Notes under the pieces: generated by a model
What the model saw: only the letters and a program-made list of their open reading frames with translations
The model's database searches: none
Told to the model about the DNA's origin: nothing
Assembly: GCF_000143415.4 (NCBI RefSeq)
Contig: NW_003314278.1
Coordinates: 760,371 to 824,370 of the forward strand
Direction: 5' to 3'
DNA from: Selaginella moellendorffii
Lineage: Eukaryota; Plantae; Lycopodiophyta
Length of the DNA: 64,000 nt
Shown: one piece after another, positions 58,755-64,000 of the stretch
How positions within the stretch are numbered: the first letter of the stretch is position 1
Layout of the letters: every line of letters starts with the position of its first letter
Made by a program: the position numbers and the translations under genes

Positions 58755-60130
58755 TCACAGTAACGTATAAGGACAGTCGAGGACAATCTCGACTTGCGAA
58801 AACTCCCTCTGCAAGCCCAAGACATCGGTGAAGAACGTGATGTTTCCAACGCCTTTGCTCAGCTGGTGCGCGTTTATTCGCAGGGATCGCAGAGACGAGG
58901 AGCATCGGAGTAGCGTGGCCAGCACTGCGATGCAGCCGTTGCTGCCGCTGCACACCACGGCGACTATTTCTTCCAGTCGCGGGAGCCGCAAGGTTGCGCT
59001 GCCCGTGACGCCGGCGGCACCAGCTTGCACGCACTGCTCACGCAGCCAGCAAAGTCGAGCTATAGCGTCACGCAAGAGAAAGGAGGCCATACCTCAAACA
59101 TGTCGGCACCAATGTAGAGCTTGGTGAGCAGCGGCAAGTGGCGAAACAAGGCGTCCAGCTGAATGGGGCTCTTGTTGTCGATAACGGCGTCGACATGGAG
59201 CTGAGTTACGTTGGCTCCCAGCCGCACCAGCTCCACAATGCTCTCCAGCAGCCACACCTCGCCCTTCATTTGCAGCGCCGTGAGGTATGACAGGTCCCGG
59301 ATCCTGGGACGGACGTGGCACAGCAGGCCTAACTCCAGCAGCGCCTCGCCGTCGGCAATGAGCTCCTCCACGTAGCTGAGCGACAGCCTGGTGAGCTTGG
59401 GCGTGTCGAGGCTGAGGCAGGCGACGGTCGCCTCGCACATGTCCATCTCGTGCACCAACTCGAGCGACGCCAGTCTCGGCGAGACGAGGCTTGGGGCGCG
59501 AAGCCCCTTGCACGAGTTGAGGCGCAGGTCCTCGAGGCAAGGACAGAGGAGGAGCAGCGCCTCGAGCGCCGAGTCGGTGATGGCAATGAGGTCGAGCACA
59601 CACGTCCGCAGGCTCTCCATGCGCTTCATGTCGCCTGGGAGGTCGGGGATGATCCCGTAGCAGAGGTTGAGCCACCTGAGCCTGGGGCAGTGCGAGAGCT
59701 GGAGCAGCTTGAGCGGCTGTGGCCTCTCCCTGTTGGGATCGACCAGCACCAGCTTCTCCAGCGAGGCTCGGACGTGGCCCAGCCACGCGCACACCTTGTC
59801 CTCGCTGAAGTGGTCGCCGCGGATCCATGGCCACTCCACGGGGTGGTAGCAAATCCCCAGCTCCCTCACCCCGTCACTCCGTAGCAGCATCCGCGACACG
59901 ATCGCCTCCAGGCACGACGCCTTGCTCGCCCTGCCCACCCGCTTCTCGAAGAGCTGGAACGACTCGAAGCTCAGCGCGTCCACGGCAGCGCACAGAGCCC
60001 TCCACCGCCGGCACACCGCGGCGCATTGAGCCACGGTCTGTGCGTCCCTGAGCTTGGACAGGATGGCGCACGCTACGGAATCCGGGAGCGCGTCGAAACA
60101 AACCTCCTGCCCCTCCTCCTCCATCCACAC
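58755..60130 (-). CDS. F-box/LRR protein (2 exons)
   Basis: FDALPDSVACAILSKL...CAAVCRRWR F-box followed by LRR-like repeats. Confidence 0.85.
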
Positions 60131-60307
60131 ATGACTGCTGTGTCGCTACCTACCCATTTGCCCTAACTGGGCTCAGTTTGCTGGGTTAACCCGCTTCCCA
60201 GGAATCCAGATGGAAATTTCGCGACACGTGGCAGCACCATGTTCATTGAATCCAGTCCAAATACCCTCTAGGGTTTTGGGAGCAAAGCAAAATTGCCCAC
60301 GACTGCT

Positions 60308-62735
60308 ATGGCGGCTTGCTCGCTACCAGAATGCGGCTCCTCCTCTCTCCCCAGCTATGGAGGCCTCAGACTCGCCAAGGCCAGCATCCCCACCTCATCG
60401 ATGTTGCTGCGGCGGATGGATTCCTTGCAACAGCAGCAGCAAACGCGGATGATCGTCGTCCGTGCTGAAGCCGTGGCCGCGGTAAGTCGCGTACATTCCC
60501 TCGCCCTTGGATCCTCTGACAATAATCCCACAGCCTGCCAGGCCTCCGGCCACGCTTCCTGCCAAGCGGAGCAAGGTGGAGTTGATCAAGGAAAACAGCA
60601 ACTTCTTGCGCTTTCCCCTGCGGGAGGAGCTTGAGACCGAGGCTCCAAACATCAATGAATCCGCTGTCCAGCTGATCAAGTTCCACGGTAGCTACCAGCA
60701 GGCCGACCGGGACGTTCGCAGCGGAAAGGCGTACCAGTTTATGCTCCGGACCAAGCAGCCTGCGGGTATCGTCACCAATCAGCTCTACAAGGTGATGGAT
60801 GATCTTGCCGACGAGTTTGGATCCGGCACCTTGAGGCTGACGACGCGGCAGACCTTCCAACTTCACGGGGTGCTCAAGCACAATCTCAAGACCGTGATGA
60901 GCACCATCATCAAAAACATGGGATCCACGCTAGGCGCATGCGGTGATGTCAATCGAAACGTGCTGGCCCCGGCGGCACCCTTCAAGAACAGGAAGGACTA
61001 TCTCTACGCAGTGGAGGCTGCGGATAAACTTGCGGCTCTTTTAGCACCTCAAGCGGGTTCTTACTATGACCTCTGGGTGGACGGTGAGAAGGTCATGTCT
61101 GCTGAGCCACCTGATGTCACCCAGGCCCGTAATGACAACTCTCACGGGACAAACTTTGAGGGCTCCCCGGAACCAATCTATGGCACCCAGTTCTTACCGC
61201 GCAAGTTCAAGATTGCCGTCACGGTTCCTTCCGACAACTCAGTCGACATTCTCACCAACGACATTGGGGTTGTCACCATTGTCAATGAGGCTGACGAGCT
61301 TCAAGGATACAACATTTATGTAAGTTTTATCTCGAGCTCGACCCTTCTGAGCGTTCTGACTTGGTTTTGTTTCAAGGTCGGCGGAGGGATGGGCAGGACA
61401 CATCGCATAGAAACTTCATTTCCTCGGTTGGCCGAACCTCTGGGATATGTCTCCAAAGATGACCTCTTGCACGCTGTTAAAGCCATTGTGGCGACGCAGA
61501 GGGATTATGGCCGCCGCGACGATAGACGCCAGGCAAGGATGAAGTACCTGGTTCATGACTGGGGAATCGACAAGTTCCGTTCGGTTGTAGAGAGCTATTA
61601 CGGCAAGCAGTTTGAAACATTTCAGACGCTTCCACCTTGGAAGTTTGAGAGCTACTTAGGATGGCATGAACAGGTATTCCATCTTTGCGTTTTTTTCCCC
61701 TTTCTAAACGGTTTACATTGTCAGGGAGATGGCAAACTGTTCTTTGGTGTTCATGTAGACAACGGAAGAATCAAAGGTGATGCCAAGAAAACGCTCCGAG
61801 AGATAATCGAATCATATCAGCTAAGTGTGCGTTTGACTCCCAATCAAAATCTGATTCTATGTGACATTCGACCTTCTTGGAAGTCACGGATTACAAAGAC
61901 ACTTGCTCAAGTGGGACTGCTGGTATGCTGATTTGTTATGGTGAGCTCTTTTCTCATGACAAACATTGCAGGCCCCTCGTCACATAGATAGTCTTAACTT
62001 GTCGTCCATGGCATGTCCAGCACTACCGTTGTGCCCGTTGGCAATCGCAGAGGCTGAACGAGGCATACCGAGCATACTTAAAAGAATCCGAGCTATGTTC
62101 GATAAGGTGATTTGTCTTGTTGTGTTTCTTGTGTTAAATCTTTGCTCTCTATTATTGCTTAGGTGGGCCTCAAGGAGGCGGATTCGATGGTGGTGCGAGT
62201 CACCGGGTGTCCTAATGGTTGTGCGAGGCCATACATGGCAGAACTTGGACTGGTCGGAGATGGAGCAAATAGTTATCAGGTAATTTTCTGTGGTGCTTTT
62301 TCAATTTACACGTTTATGTCAATGGTAGATTTGGCTCGGAGGCACGGCAAACCAGACACGGTTGGCTCAAACTTTTATGGAGAAAGTAAAGATTCAGGAC
62401 TTTGAAAGGGTTTTAGAGCCTCTCTTCTACCTGTGGAAAGCACGACGAACATCTGAAGAGTCTTTTGGAGATTTTACAATGAGAATGGTATTGTTAATCC
62501 AAATGCCTGGTACGGTTGCTGAATGATGTTTTCGATGCAGGGATTTGATGTGCTAAAAAGTCACATCGAAACGTACAAAGGACCTCGTACTGGAAGGTCA
62601 CGCATTCTTCTGGACTCTGATGTCCATGCTGCATTGGAGAAGCAGGCGGATGAGAAGGGTCTTAGCGTGCACAAACTGGCGAGTCAAGTTTTGCTGGACT
62701 ACCTGAATGGAAGTCAAGACAGCGATAGCGATTGA
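60308..62735 (+). CDS. SIR: Ferredoxin-dependent sulfite reductase
   Basis: [51 protein letters not shown]; C-terminal RHH-like tail. Confidence 0.96.
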
Positions 62736-62963
62736 GGAGAGGTTCTTGTTGTTTTAGATTTCGAGATTTCTAAAAGTTTTGATGGTGTGTGTCAAGCTGC
62801 AGATGAAATAAATAGGCCGCCTCCAATGAAGGTTGTTTCTTGAAATTCTGGTTGCATGACACGTACGCAAGACACTTGTCTCTATCTTATACTAGCAAGT
62901 GAAGGGTCCCGAGGACAGGGGCAAGTAGGGGCATTCTTCTTTCTGTTCCTGACAAGAAACAAC

Positions 62964-64000
62964 ATGGAGAAATTGCAGAACCGAAGTGATTTGGAAGTGT
63001 CGGTATGTTACCACGATTTGCTTATGTTGACACATACGTCGAAACATTGGCAGGAAATAGGGGAGATTTTCTTCTTTTACCGCCCGAAGATTGACGTGGA
63101 GCATCCACATTCAGCCGGAGAGGTACAGCGTCTTTACATGGTTCTCCGCCCAGTCGCAGCCGATAACAGCCTGGAAGTGAAGCAAGATCCACATTCGGAG
63201 AATGTGAAGGAGAAGCTGGAAGAGTCCGAGGACGCTGTCGAAGGAAAGAAAGAAGCTGACGACATCCAGCGCACAGTTAACGTGAAGGGGACACCTAAAG
63301 AAGGTGACAAGGATGGCAACAGAGATGAGAAGTCTGCCGGGGAGCTACGGGGGAGATCAAGGATGATAAACCAGGGGAGCAGGGCATGCAGGTGTGTTGA
63401 CCTGACCATCTTTTATGTTATCCATGGTTCCTGATCGATCACTTCGTGCAGGAGGTGGATTTGACAAAGCGCTTGCTGATGAGACTGATAATAGTAGGAC
63501 GGAAGGTCTTGCCTGATCCCGCTGCAAAAGGTCGTCCGGCGTGGAGCTACGTGGATCTCGTCACGACTTCCATCCAAGCGATGAAAGACAGCCTTTCGGC
63601 TTGTAAGCTACATTTTCATTATTGCGTTCTCTTCTGAAACCAGATGCCAGATGAATATGACACGAAGACTCGCGGGCACCGGGTTCAGCCAGGAGCCCGT
63701 CCGGCAGGGGAAGGCGTTTACTGCATTCTAAAGCACAAGAATCACACACACCTCATATACAAGCTGGACAAACCCAAGGAGGAACACACTGCTCTGCAGG
63801 AGGAATTGAATCTCGAAAAGGAGGCCTCCTTTATTATCTCAGTGAGATTCGACTCGAAGTTCGTAGGTAGATAGATGGATGCTAAGGTTGAGTTTCTTTC
63901 AGGCAAAGAATCCTAGTGCTGGAGCACCGCCGAATGCAGGCTTGGGTAACAAGAGAAAAGCAATGTACCCCGCCAAGCTGCAAGCGCTCATGGGGTCCTA
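62964..64000 (+). CDS. Conserved protein of unknown function (partial, multi-exon)
   Basis: GEIFFFYRPK...VQRLYMVLRP, RLIIVGRKVLP, YDTKTRG...ARPAGEGVY, HTHLIYKL; start uncertain. Confidence 0.75.

Overview
This is plant nuclear DNA. The very compact genes, ~50-60 nt introns and short-motif PLS PPR genes point to a lycophyte, most likely Selaginella (inference). The first ~18 kb is a transposon-rich block with four parts. (i) A minus-strand Ty3/gypsy element with a 174-bp LTR, a tRNA-Ala PBS and a G GGA AAC slippery site plus H-type pseudoknot (-1 gag-pol frameshift). (ii) An intron-retaining TsaD/GCP1 pseudogene. (iii) A decayed full-length chromovirus (8132-16468, TSD ACACT) with a same-family solo LTR inserted antisense in its 5' LTR and short intron-like insertions in its integrase. 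(iv) A tandem/inverted repeat patchwork. From ~18.9 kb the window is dense euchromatin: 2 PPR genes, 2 PLA1 lipases, SufE1, a DUF308/HdeD-like membrane protein, VTE1, a class-3 lipase, a CLE peptide, ARK kinesin, PPase (with a U12 intron), UGD, Vma22/CCDC115, HBS1, ASR, arogenate dehydrogenase, a degenerate ribokinase-like protein, MMS19, phytol/farnesol kinase, an ethylene receptor, an F-box protein, sulfite reductase and a partial conserved unknown gene. Several coding regions are only 19-85 bp apart. Multi-exon CDS coordinates are start-to-stop spans read by eye.
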